51,718 nucleotides of DNA from the IMG/VR virus record IMGVR_UViG_3300013383_000248. One strand, given 5' to 3'. The notes below the pieces were generated by a model. The model did no database searches. It saw nothing but the letters and a program-made list of their open reading frames with translations, and had not been told where the DNA came from. Below are positions 8,444 to 17,539 of this stretch, in pieces. The number at the start of each line of letters is the position of its first letter. Within the stretch, counting starts at the first letter, position 1. The position numbers were made by a program, and so were the translations under genes. Source of the DNA: a virus.

Positions 8444-9451
8444 TTAAATCACAGTTTGGACTTGAGGGATTCTGCATTTTTCACATACTCTTTCTTTCTT
8501 ATTATTAGAATAAAATAAATTATAGCAATTTTCACACTGATGAATATTAGGATCAAGTGCCAAACATTCAGGACATACATGGACCTTTACTCCATCAATT
8601 TCAAGGGGAAAATCTTCCCAATCATAATATAGCTGATTACAAAAACTACAATTAATGAGTTTATCATCATCAAAATCATAAGGCATATGATATTTGCTAG
8701 TCAGTGTAATCCACTGAAGATATTCTTTACTAGGAATAAACTTATAATAATCTGCCTTACTAATATCATCAAGCATATTGCATACTTTATTAATGGTATT
8801 ATACAATGTCCTAATATGCAAATCTTCATTCTGAGTATGCTCATGATGATACCCTACTGACAAATTTACTCCGGCAATACCCCACTCCGGCATAATAATA
8901 CTAATATCTGTAAATGACCCAAGTGCTTGTCTAAACCCAAAACTTTCAACATATTCCACGAACGTGAAATTTTCGCACTCATAGAAGACACAATCTCTTT
9001 CTCCTGCTCTATCCAGTTCAATCATATATTTAATATTTGGAGCTACTGGATGTCTTTCTATAAACATATGCGCACCATAGCCACCGACTTCCTCATCTGT
9101 TGTAAAAAGAACATAAGGCCTATACTTCTTACGCAGAATCTGGATAATCGCAAAAACACCTGCTCTATCATCCGCACCAAGGCCTTCCTTGCCTTTATAA
9201 ACAGCTCTTTTTTCATTATAGGTAAATTGCCTAATCGGCTGTCTAAATACGGTATCTACGTGTGCGATAAGCATTACCGGAATATTACCTTCAGCGTATA
9301 CATAATCTTCTGTAATTTCTACATTAGAATATTTATTAGAAACAAAATCACCGAGAGCTTTTAAAAGACCTACTTCACTAATTTTGAATAGCCCCTCCAA
9401 AAGCCCTCTACAATTTTCAGTAAATTCAGGAACTAAAACTTTTTTACCCAT
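8444..9451 (-). CDS. M42/M28-like metallopeptidase domain fused to C-terminal tandem zinc ribbons (335 aa)
   Basis: metal-ligand motifs IAHVDTV, GADDRAGV, TTDEEVGGYGA; C-terminus CSFCNQ..CPEC..CENC..CEKC. Confidence 0.5.
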   Translation of the reverse strand: MGKKVLVPEFTENCRGLLEGLFKISEVGLLKALGDFVSNKYSNVEITEDYVYAEGNIPVMLIAHVDTVFRQPIRQFTYNEKRAVYKGKEGLGADDRAGVFAIIQILRKKYRPYVLFTTDEEVGGYGAHMFIERHPVAPNIKYMIELDRAGERDCVFYECENFTFVEYVESFGFRQALGSFTDISIIMPEWGIAGVNLSVGYHHEHTQNEDLHIRTLYNTINKVCNMLDDISKADYYKFIPSKEYLQWITLTSKYHMPYDFDDDKLINCSFCNQLYYDWEDFPLEIDGVKVHVCPECLALDPNIHQCENCYNLFYSNNKKERVCEKCRIPQVQTVI

Positions 9452-9505
9452 TTCTTATTCCCTTCTATTATTATATAAATATTATATAATAATTTTATTA
9501 AAGAA

Positions 9506-10333
9506 TCAATTAGGGCTTATCTGTTCTTGGTCTTCTTCCTCGTGTTCAGCAATATATTCCTTAGCCCATTGACGTCCTGTGCGCTCAAAGTATAATACTT
9601 TATCACACATATGACAATAGGGCTTTGGCGTTTCGCATACTTGTTTACAATTTAAACGCATTTCGTCAAGACCTTCATATATCAATCTATCATCAATATT
9701 GGTATTAAGACCAAAAATTAATGAATTCATATCATTCGGCCAAGATTTATCTTCAAAATAAATACGATAGAAAGCTCGCTCTTGCGTAGGTCCATCGTTT
9801 TCAAATTCACAAACATCAAAGTATGGTTCATAAATACCAAGTTTTTCTGGACGAACCCAAGTACCGTGCAAACCACTCATTTGCGGGATATGGCCTTGGA
9901 TATATGCACGATTGGGCACAAGTCTTAAAGGAATGTCTATTTTTTTTACTTCATTTAAATCGAAGAAAATAGGCGCGTCAATATAAGCATATGATACACC
10001 TAGCTTCTTTAAATTATATAGCTCATAATATGTTTTTGCCGGTTCGCTATAAAAGAATTTAAAATCATATTTCTCCATCCAGCGTAATGTAAGTAAAGGA
10101 TTTAAATCGTGCAGCCGAATATAGAAGGTATAACCCTGATGCAGGCCGGCCTTACAAGTTGCAATACTTTTCCAATCCATTGGTTTGCCTTTTGGAGCAT
10201 CTATTACAAAATCCTTATCAGGATATTTTTCTACCAAATCAAGAAGCTAATCAATATACGCCCACTTGACTTCTATCTAGTCTGCCTTTTGGAGATATTG
10301 TTCTTCTTGGTTATGTCTTAAACAAACTTTCAT
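9506..10333 (-). CDS. hypothetical protein (275 aa) with two in-frame TAG codons near N-terminus
   Basis: AAAAGGAG RBS then ATG; MKVCLRHNQEEQYLQKAD-TAG-IEVKWAYID-TAG-LLDLVEKYPDKDF... is continuous with the track ORF 9506..10237. Confidence 0.5.
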
Positions 10334-10431
10334 TTCTATCTACTCCTTTTTATATTATTTTACCATATTATTAGCATTTAGTCAAGAAAATTCTTAAACC
10401 TATTTTCTATTTTGAGGTACGGTATAGACGC

Positions 10432-10470
10432 TTGACCTTGGCCGGAGCAGCACCCTTAAAAGGCAAAACA
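10432..10470 (-). terminator. rho-independent terminator (GGGCTGG stem, T-run on minus strand)
   Basis: aaaagggctggtttcccagccctt hairpin, minus strand followed by TTTTGTTTTGCC. Confidence 0.6.
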
Positions 10471-10499
10471 AAAGGGCTGGTTTCCCAGCCCTTCATATA

Positions 10500-10895
10500 T
10501 TAAGCTCTAGCGTAGCACATTGCGTGACGTGTCTTCTCACCTTCACCACCGGGGACCTTCATCTCCTGCTTCTTCACCAGACCATCGCGAACAAGACCTG
10601 CAAGGCGATGGCGAACCTTACCAAGGGTAATCTCTTCATCGCCAACCATATCATGAATCACATCAGCAGTACGGAACTGCTCATCAACTGCGGCAAATAC
10701 CTTCTCGCGTGCAACATCAGGCTCAGCCTTCTTAGCCTCACGCTTCTCGCGGTCCTTGGCATTACGCTGGTCAATACGGTCAATCTCTGCCTGACAAAAA
10801 TCAACCAGAACCTGGGCGTCAACCTCAACCTCTTCACCGCACAGCCGGCCAATCAGAGCATCATACAGCTCACGCTTTGTAAACTTCTTTTCCAT
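10500..10895 (-). CDS. family-B small protein, third diverged copy, on a GC-rich island inside the AT-rich region (131 aa)
   Basis: C-terminus ...GLVRDGLVKK..KTRHAMCYARA parallels B1/B2 ...LVDSG(K/R)V(I/V)KTTEKRRV(Y/F)YTKA; local GC ~50% versus ~30% flanks; own promoter and terminator. Confidence 0.5.
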   Translation of the reverse strand: MEKKFTKRELYDALIGRLCGEEVEVDAQVLVDFCQAEIDRIDQRNAKDREKREAKKAEPDVAREKVFAAVDEQFRTADVIHDMVGDEEITLGKVRHRLAGLVRDGLVKKQEMKVPGGEGEKTRHAMCYARA

Positions 10896-10923
10896 AATTT
10901 AATAACTCCTTTTATTTTTCCTT

Positions 10924-10959
10924 TATTTTATGTATATATTATATTATTTTATTTTTAAA
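10924..10959 (-). promoter_or_regulatory. AT-rich sigma70-type promoter copy
   Basis: tgtatatattatattattttatttttaaattttcaa. Confidence 0.5.
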
Positions 10960-10966
10960 TTTTCAA

Positions 10967-12601
10967 TTAAATTGCAATTGGCGTATTGCCGTTATAAAAA
11001 CGTTCAGGATAATGATTAATATATCTTGTGCTAATCATGTCAGCATAGGGATCATTCCCAATAACTTTTTTAGCTCTCAAATCCAAATCATCTTCTTCAA
11101 TCAGAAGAGCATTTAATCCCCAATAAGGAGCACCATTTAATCCAACTGTCTTAATTCTAATATCATAATTCTCTAACATTTTCGGCAATTCTTTATTAAC
11201 AAGACAATCAGTACAAACATAATGTTCATCATAGTCAGTGTTAATACTTTGATTTTCAATATGTCCAACAAATACTGGAATGAAGTCATCTTCAAAATGA
11301 GCTTCTTCACAGCACATACATCTATGCAAATCATTAAAGCAGTCTTCACAGACTAACTCTCCGTCTACATCAATTGCGTCATATTCACCAATACGTTCAC
11401 CACAACAATAACAATAAGTAGGCGGGTCGCAATCTTCGCAAACAACTGCTTCAGTATCATCAGTCCAATAACCACTCTCACCGCAGCACATACAAATCAT
11501 TGGACCTGAATAATTGATTGATGCCATTCGATTTCTATTATCAGGAGGTTCAACTGAGAAAATACCATAATTATCGCTATTGCCAAAATCATTATACATT
11601 TCATCAGTCTCAAATTCCAATAGGAATGGAATATCCTCTTTATCATCATCCCAAGCTTTAATATAAGAGCTGCTGTCCAAATTCTCCTGTGGCGTATCTC
11701 TATTATAACGCCATTCAGTCTTTTCTTCAACCAAATCAGCAAGCCAATTTACAAGTGCCTTATCAAAAGAAATATTATAATAAGGATAAGATTTAACAGA
11801 ACAAATTGTATAAGGATGAATGATAATCAATTCTCTCCAGCTCTTAGAGGTCCATTCAATCGCTGTATTCGTAGGATAATAAGGCTTGCTTGTAATATAA
11901 GCAACAACAACCATAGGGCTATTCATCATTTCAATAGTGCCCGCACGGTAGCCTCCCGGCCCTTGAGTCCAGTTCATGCAGCTTTCCCACCCATTTGCAT
12001 TATCGCTCATAGTCATATAATCCAAAGGATGAATAGAAAGAGTAAATTTAATTTTACTCTTACGCACTTCAGTAATGCGTGAAATACGATTGCGGAAAAT
12101 TTCAAAGTCAGGTAATTCAAATTCCTTAGCCATCTTCTGAAGAACCTTCATTACTTTGGCGCCTTCTGGAACTTTAATAGTCTTGCCTTCTTTATTACGA
12201 TAACTAAATCCTTTAGAAAGTTTGTTGGTATAAAGCTGCCGACCATTACTCAATCCATTTACAGCAACTCGAACGTCAAAATCATTATCTAAATATTCAG
12301 TGCTTTTGAATACTTTTCTAAGACTATCAAGAAACAAATAACCCGGTGCTTTACAATCAAAGACATAATCATTAATTTCTTTAATCTTTTTATTAGCCCC
12401 GTCTTCAATTTCAATTTCCTTTTCAAGCATCAACTTTCCACCGAAAATATCAAACAAAGTTTGTTTATTTTTATTCCATTCTTTGAGAATATGTTCAAGT
12501 GATGCTTTCAAAGTGAGATTATTTCTAACGCCACCCCACTTCTCAATGTATTCAGTAATATATTTTTTATCTTGCTCAGTTAATACTTCAAAAGGTGTCA
12601 T
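10967..12601 (-). CDS. large Cys-rich paralog P2 (544 aa)
   Basis: core SIHPLDYMTMSDNANGWESC...YRAGTIEMMNSP; C-terminal CMCCGE..CEDC..CYCCGE..CEDC..CMCCEE..CTDC zinc ribbons. Confidence 0.6.
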   Translation of the reverse strand: MTPFEVLTEQDKKYITEYIEKWGGVRNNLTLKASLEHILKEWNKNKQTLFDIFGGKLMLEKEIEIEDGANKKIKEINDYVFDCKAPGYLFLDSLRKVFKSTEYLDNDFDVRVAVNGLSNGRQLYTNKLSKGFSYRNKEGKTIKVPEGAKVMKVLQKMAKEFELPDFEIFRNRISRITEVRKSKIKFTLSIHPLDYMTMSDNANGWESCMNWTQGPGGYRAGTIEMMNSPMVVVAYITSKPYYPTNTAIEWTSKSWRELIIIHPYTICSVKSYPYYNISFDKALVNWLADLVEEKTEWRYNRDTPQENLDSSSYIKAWDDDKEDIPFLLEFETDEMYNDFGNSDNYGIFSVEPPDNRNRMASINYSGPMICMCCGESGYWTDDTEAVVCEDCDPPTYCYCCGERIGEYDAIDVDGELVCEDCFNDLHRCMCCEEAHFEDDFIPVFVGHIENQSINTDYDEHYVCTDCLVNKELPKMLENYDIRIKTVGLNGAPYWGLNALLIEEDDLDLRAKKVIGNDPYADMISTRYINHYPERFYNGNTPIAI

Positions 12602-12658
12602 TGATATTTACTCCCTTTATTTTTTCTATATATATTATATAATATTTTTATAAAAAAA

Positions 12659-12691
12659 TAAAGGGAGGCCTTTTACCAAGGTCTCCCTTTT
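12659..12691 (-). terminator. rho-independent terminator
   Basis: aaagggaggccttttaccaaggtctcccttttt. Confidence 0.6.
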
Positions 12692-13198
12692 TCAGAAATC
12701 AAAAACTTTGTGAATTACTTTATCATCAACATTCGTACAGGATACTTCAACCTCTACTGAAGTCGATAAATCATTTAATACGAATGCCTTTGTAATTGTA
12801 TAACTTTCACCAGGTTTAATAAATTTTAATACGCTATCTAAATCGTATTTACAATCTTTTATTCGATAAACAGCATCGAGTTCTTCATCATTTTGATAAG
12901 CTCGTGTTGTTAAATGTAATTTAAATGATGTGGCATTTGAACTATTATTAGTCCAAGTAATCTTTATTATAATATAATCTTTGCCGTGGCAATTACATAC
13001 AAATGCATCACCGATATCAACTACATAATTGCCAATTACGTAATCAAGGTTGGTCTAATCGCCTACAGAAATAATTTTTCCATGTTCATCATTTGTATGG
13101 TCTTTAACTTGCGGAGTGCTCTTGTGCATATCGAAAAGAGTCAAAATAATCATACAAACAATGGCTAATATAATTATAAAACCAACGTGTTTACTCAT
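12692..13198 (-). CDS. predicted secreted/lipoprotein-like protein (168 aa) with one in-frame TAG (13055-13057); missed by ORF track
   Basis: MSKHVGFIIILAIVCMIILTLF signal-anchor, ...ISVGD-TAG-TNLDYVIGNYVVDIGDAFVCNCHGKDYIIIKITWTNN... continuous to TGA; resembles Gram-positive DUF4352-type lipoproteins. Confidence 0.5.
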
Positions 13199-13223
13199 AC
13201 AAAAGCCTCCTCAATATATTTAA

Positions 13224-13817
13224 TTATTTATAAATAGTTCCTTTTAATAAATCAGGAAGATCATTATTTAATACTTCTTTCCAGCCAATTATATTGCCCT
13301 CGAAGCCTTCAAGATCTTTAAAGTTGCCGGTTGGGCAAGTTTGACTAATCTTACTATCAACTACTAATTCAATTAATTCATTACAGATAATACCATGAAT
13401 TAAATCCCAGTTCTTTGTATGGCGGTCTTGCTTTTCGTCAGCCTTGACTACTTTAATTTCTGAACCATCTTCACAAATAAATATCCATTTTGAACCAATT
13501 TTTCCAAAGTATCGCCCAAGAGCACAAGCAGTAAAGCCATCATCAGTAGCTAAAGTACCATTCTCTTGAACTGTTAAATAGTTATAAATCAAGTCCCATT
13601 GAGGACTATTAGTGTCTGTTATATCAGTCCACCATTCAAAGGGTTTATCGGTATGGTCAATTCCGCAATTACAGTATTCAGCATTTCCGTATTCGTATTT
13701 GATTTCTTTTGGTTGGCCGCCATCCGTGCTCAGGGCTACTGCCGCAGCAGCATTAGCAGGCATCATCATTACAGCAATCATAGCGATTACAAGAATGATA
13801 TTTAAGAATTTTCTCAT
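13224..13817 (-). CDS. secreted protein with signal peptide (197 aa), possible Cys/His hydrolase
   Basis: N-terminal MRKFLNIILVIAMIAVMMMPANAAAA; conserved C (GFTACALG) and H (LIHGIIC). Confidence 0.45.
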   Translation of the reverse strand: MRKFLNIILVIAMIAVMMMPANAAAAVALSTDGGQPKEIKYEYGNAEYCNCGIDHTDKPFEWWTDITDTNSPQWDLIYNYLTVQENGTLATDDGFTACALGRYFGKIGSKWIFICEDGSEIKVVKADEKQDRHTKNWDLIHGIICNELIELVVDSKISQTCPTGNFKDLEGFEGNIIGWKEVLNNDLPDLLKGTIYK

Positions 13818-13907
13818 AGTTAATCTCCTTTGAAAAAATGATTACCTAAATATAATACCACATTATATTTGAAAAATCAAATTTAGAGATTAAAAAAAAA
13901 TGACCGC

Positions 13908-14687
13908 TTAAATGCGGTCAATATTTTTTACTTCATCGCCCATGGTTCGATGCCATAGAAAAATATCTTCAAAGCAATCAATACAATTAAAATAAAAGAT
14001 ATTACTTCTATCTACAAAACGGTCAACATGATGATGGCCGCTAAGCCACACATCATATGTAATCATATCTTTAATAGTCTCAAGCCATTCTTCCATAGAC
14101 TTATCTACATTGCCTTGATCTACAAATGAAAGAAATTTATCAACAGGCCTAAGAGAATAAGGACAAGTGTGTGAAAGCACAAGGTCAAAATGCTTACCGC
14201 TTTGTCGAATAAGTCTTTCTACTTCAGCCTTTTCTGTTTCAGTCAACTGTTCATCTTCCCACCAAGGAAGATTATTCTTAATACGGTAATATTTATCAAT
14301 AGAGTAAGCTCCGCTAATCACCAACGTGCGATACTCGCCAATCTCTGACTTGAGATAATAAATACCGTAATTATCAAAATATCTAATCAAAGGATAAGTT
14401 GGTTCATACCATACATTAGCCTGAACATTATTATCCCAAATGCGTTGCATACCTTCAACGTTCTCAGGACGAACTTCGTGATTGCCACGCACACAATAAA
14501 TAGTATAACCATATTTACTTGCATATTCTTTTTTAATTGTGTCATGTAGAATATTATCAGTATTAAATCCAACATCGCCAAGAATAATAATTCCATAATC
14601 TTTTGGATTTAAGATTTTAAACATATGTGCATTGAGCCATGTGAAATCTCCGTGGCAATCGCCCTTCACGATGTAGTCCTTGAACAT
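13908..14687 (-). CDS. calcineurin-type metallophosphoesterase (259 aa), candidate RNA 2-prime,3-prime end-healing phosphatase
   Basis: motifs GDCHGD, GDVGFN(TD), GNHE, GHHH. Confidence 0.7.
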   Translation of the reverse strand: MFKDYIVKGDCHGDFTWLNAHMFKILNPKDYGIIILGDVGFNTDNILHDTIKKEYASKYGYTIYCVRGNHEVRPENVEGMQRIWDNNVQANVWYEPTYPLIRYFDNYGIYYLKSEIGEYRTLVISGAYSIDKYYRIKNNLPWWEDEQLTETEKAEVERLIRQSGKHFDLVLSHTCPYSLRPVDKFLSFVDQGNVDKSMEEWLETIKDMITYDVWLSGHHHVDRFVDRSNIFYFNCIDCFEDIFLWHRTMGDEVKNIDRI

Positions 14688-14700
14688 TGAAGTTCCCTCC

Positions 14701-14889
14701 TTATGTATTTTCTTCTGCTAGTTCCTTTTTTAGTTCCTCTACTTTTTCAACAACAGCACTAAGTACAACAGCCTGTGCAGCGAAACTAGTAAAATGTTCA
14801 GTCAGCCATTTAGCAAGACTATCAAAATTACTTTCAATTTCTTCAATATCTCGATTATCAATATCGACAGTCATATTATCTTCAAACAT
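14701..14889 (-). CDS. small acidic hypothetical protein (62 aa)
   Basis: ORF between phosphoesterase and nucleotidyltransferase, start/stop overlaps. Confidence 0.3.
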   Translation of the reverse strand: MFEDNMTVDIDNRDIEEIESNFDSLAKWLTEHFTSFAAQAVVLSAVVEKVEELKKELAEENT

Positions 14890-15688
14890 CCAGCATTTCC
14901 TTTACTACTCTTTTTTTCATAATTTTATAAACAACTTTATTCATAAGGTCTTCTACTTCTTTATTACCTTCATCTTTTGTCTTAGCACAATAAGCATCAG
15001 CCATAAGAACAATATTATTAAGGCTAGTCTTTGCAGTATATCTTGCTGTCTCAAGATCATAGCGATAATTCTTTACGTCAAGAAGATAACTAGCCAGTGG
15101 CGCTTGAAGGCAATCGGCATATTTAACGCCTTCAATATAACGTACAAGATACTTTTCAATACGAAGCAAATGGAGTAATTGCTTTGAATCATATTGGTAT
15201 TTATCAATTAAATCAATTTTACTAGGATACCTATGTTCCATTGCATGGAACTTCTCCATAGCGATACCCTTCATAGTCTTAACAGCTTTATAAGGATTAT
15301 AACGTGCAATAGCCTCACGTTCATTAAGCAGTTCCTGCCATTCATTCCAATACTCACTTGATGTAATTTTATAAGGCGTAAAGATACATTCAAGATAAGC
15401 CATATTCTGTTTCTTTAGGCAATTAATAAACAGACGAATATCTTTAAAATCAATGTGTTCATCATTCTTACGAACCAAAGTTTTAGATACAGGTTGCTTA
15501 TTCAACACAATATCTTCAAAAGAAGGAAGAACAATAAGCCGCGTATCTACATCAGAAGCGGCCGTATCAAGACCATAATTCTGACTACCATAAGCCATAA
15601 TAGAAACTCTATCTCTAGAGTCTACCTTAGCATCTTCAATATGATCAAATAGTTTATCCATAACCCATTGATTAGAATGGTAATTCAT
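14882..15688 (-). CDS. Pol-beta superfamily nucleotidyltransferase (268 aa)
   Basis: AYGSQNYGLDTAASDVDTR = GS-x9-DxD minimal NTase signature; adjacent to phosphoesterase. Confidence 0.6.
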   Translation of the reverse strand: MNYHSNQWVMDKLFDHIEDAKVDSRDRVSIMAYGSQNYGLDTAASDVDTRLIVLPSFEDIVLNKQPVSKTLVRKNDEHIDFKDIRLFINCLKKQNMAYLECIFTPYKITSSEYWNEWQELLNEREAIARYNPYKAVKTMKGIAMEKFHAMEHRYPSKIDLIDKYQYDSKQLLHLLRIEKYLVRYIEGVKYADCLQAPLASYLLDVKNYRYDLETARYTAKTSLNNIVLMADAYCAKTKDEGNKEVEDLMNKVVYKIMKKRVVKEMLDV

Positions 15689-15702
15689 AAATTATCAACT
15701 CC

Positions 15703-15987
15703 TTAAATCATAGAAAATTCTTCATCTTCAAAGATTCCTTCATATACAAATCCAATAGTATCAGAATAAACATTATCAATAGCGTCATATTCATTTACAC
15801 GCGAATAGCCCCAGTAATATCTGCTTTCTCCAGCGGCCTTGCGAATAATATCATTTGCATAGTTTGCATCAATCGCCGCGACCAGACTAAATCCATGCCA
15901 ACCCAGTTGCGGCTCAATTAAATATACTTTACATTTATATTCAGTCATCTGTATCTTCCTCCAGCCACCATTCACTACCAGTTTCAT
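15703..15987 (-). CDS. hypothetical protein (94 aa)
   Basis: ORF in operon. Confidence 0.4.
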   Translation of the reverse strand: MKLVVNGGWRKIQMTEYKCKVYLIEPQLGWHGFSLVAAIDANYANDIIRKAAGESRYYWGYSRVNEYDAIDNVYSDTIGFVYEGIFEDEEFSMI

Positions 15988-16079
15988 TAAACACTAAACG
16001 TAAAGGAATTTTTTCTTCATCTTTTTTTAAAAAAATTCTTAAATTTTTTGTTTTAGAAAAAGATTGTCTCCCCATTCTA

Positions 16080-16556
16080 TCATATACTTGAAGCCAAGTC
16101 CGAATCTTTTTCATCAGGAATCTCCTTCACGACCCATCTATCTTTATTTTCTTCAGTAGCATTAATGCAATGAAAATCACTACAATAACCACAATTCTCA
16201 GCAATCATTTGATGGTCGTTATCTTTATGCAAGGCACAACCATAAGGCCCGCCATTTACAATCTGGGTATTTCCATCTTTGTCTTCTGCGAAAAAATAAT
16301 CCTGAATAACATACTTGCAAAAATCGCAGCAGGCAAAGCGGAGACACTCTTCTGAACACGCAATCATTTTATGAATCATTTTTTTCTCCTTTTCATAATA
16401 AGGACATCTTGCACAAGTCCAAGAAAAAATTTCTTTTTTCTTTTCATCCTTTATGCAATAATATTTATAATCAGGATGATCAAATACATCGCTGTGCCAA
16501 GGAGTCGTATCTTCATAACTAAAATAAATACATTCAGCCATATTACTCTTCAACAA
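16080..16556 (-). CDS. Cys-rich hypothetical protein (158 aa; 19 Cys)
   Basis: CARCPYY...ACSEEC...CCDFC...CGYCSDFHC motifs. Confidence 0.4.
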   Translation of the reverse strand: MLKSNMAECIYFSYEDTTPWHSDVFDHPDYKYYCIKDEKKKEIFSWTCARCPYYEKEKKMIHKMIACSEECLRFACCDFCKYVIQDYFFAEDKDGNTQIVNGGPYGCALHKDNDHQMIAENCGYCSDFHCINATEENKDRWVVKEIPDEKDSDLASSI

Positions 16557-17011
16557 AATGAATAATTAAATCATAACCATCATCAGTTTCGACCATTTCG
16601 TAGGGATGCATAGTATTAATTTTATAACCTTCACGCTTTTGAATCTCAACTCCTTGAGAACTACCAAATTTATTGGGAAAAATACGAATCTTGCTAGAAG
16701 TATAATTCCAAGAAGAAATAATAATAGCGGCAACAGCTACTATCAATAAAACTGTAACAATAGCTTTTTTAATCATCTAACATATCCTTCCAAGAACAAG
16801 CATTAAGCCAATATCGTGTTTGATTATTTTCATCTTTAGAACTGCCGGCTAAACCCTGACCAATAAGGCCACGCATTACACCTGATGCACCCTGCGGCGT
16901 AATATCAAAATCAAACTTGCGTTTTGCAAATGCTGAAATCTGCTTTGCAGTAAGAGTGCCACATTCACTAAGAACTTTAATTACAGCCTTTTTCTTTTCC
17001 ATTACATCCAA
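16543..17011 (-). CDS. two small proteins: membrane protein 16543..16776 (77 aa) and hypothetical 16769..17011 (80 aa)
   Basis: overlapping start/stop; first has hydrophobic N-terminal helix. Confidence 0.35.
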
Positions 17012-17460
17012 TCCTCACTTGTTCTATCGTCATCAGGTCTTTCAAGATTTTCCATATCATTAATTCGGATGGGTTCCCAATTATAATGTGCATGATGCAG
17101 CCAGTCTTCCTTATCCCAAGACTCTACTTCTTTTCTAATCTCTTGGATTTGCTGAAGTCTATTACGAGTTTCAACAATTTCTCGTTCACAATGATTAAAA
17201 TTACTCTTAGAAGCTCTTGTACTTAACTGCCCCTGTTTTGGTGCGTGCAAATAAAAATTACAATTCTGAATATATCTATCAAGTTTTTTTTTGTAATCCT
17301 TTTCTGTTTCATTAACGCCTTCAAGATGATTACGCTTATGTTGCTCCATCCATGAGCTATTATAAACAGCATCTAAATATTCAGTCAACTTATCTTCAGT
17401 CAGATAAGCAATATCATATTCATCCCAAGCATTGCCACGGCTTACTTTATAGATAGTCAT
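17002..17460 (-). CDS. hypothetical protein (152 aa)
   Basis: ORF preceded by AT-rich promoter 17477-17514. Confidence 0.4.
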   Translation of the reverse strand: MTIYKVSRGNAWDEYDIAYLTEDKLTEYLDAVYNSSWMEQHKRNHLEGVNETEKDYKKKLDRYIQNCNFYLHAPKQGQLSTRASKSNFNHCEREIVETRNRLQQIQEIRKEVESWDKEDWLHHAHYNWEPIRINDMENLERPDDDRTSEDWM

Positions 17461-17539
17461 ATATCTCCCATCCTTTCTATATATATTATATCAAATTTTT
17501 TATAAATTTTCGAGTTTTTAATTTTGACAAGAGTTTAAA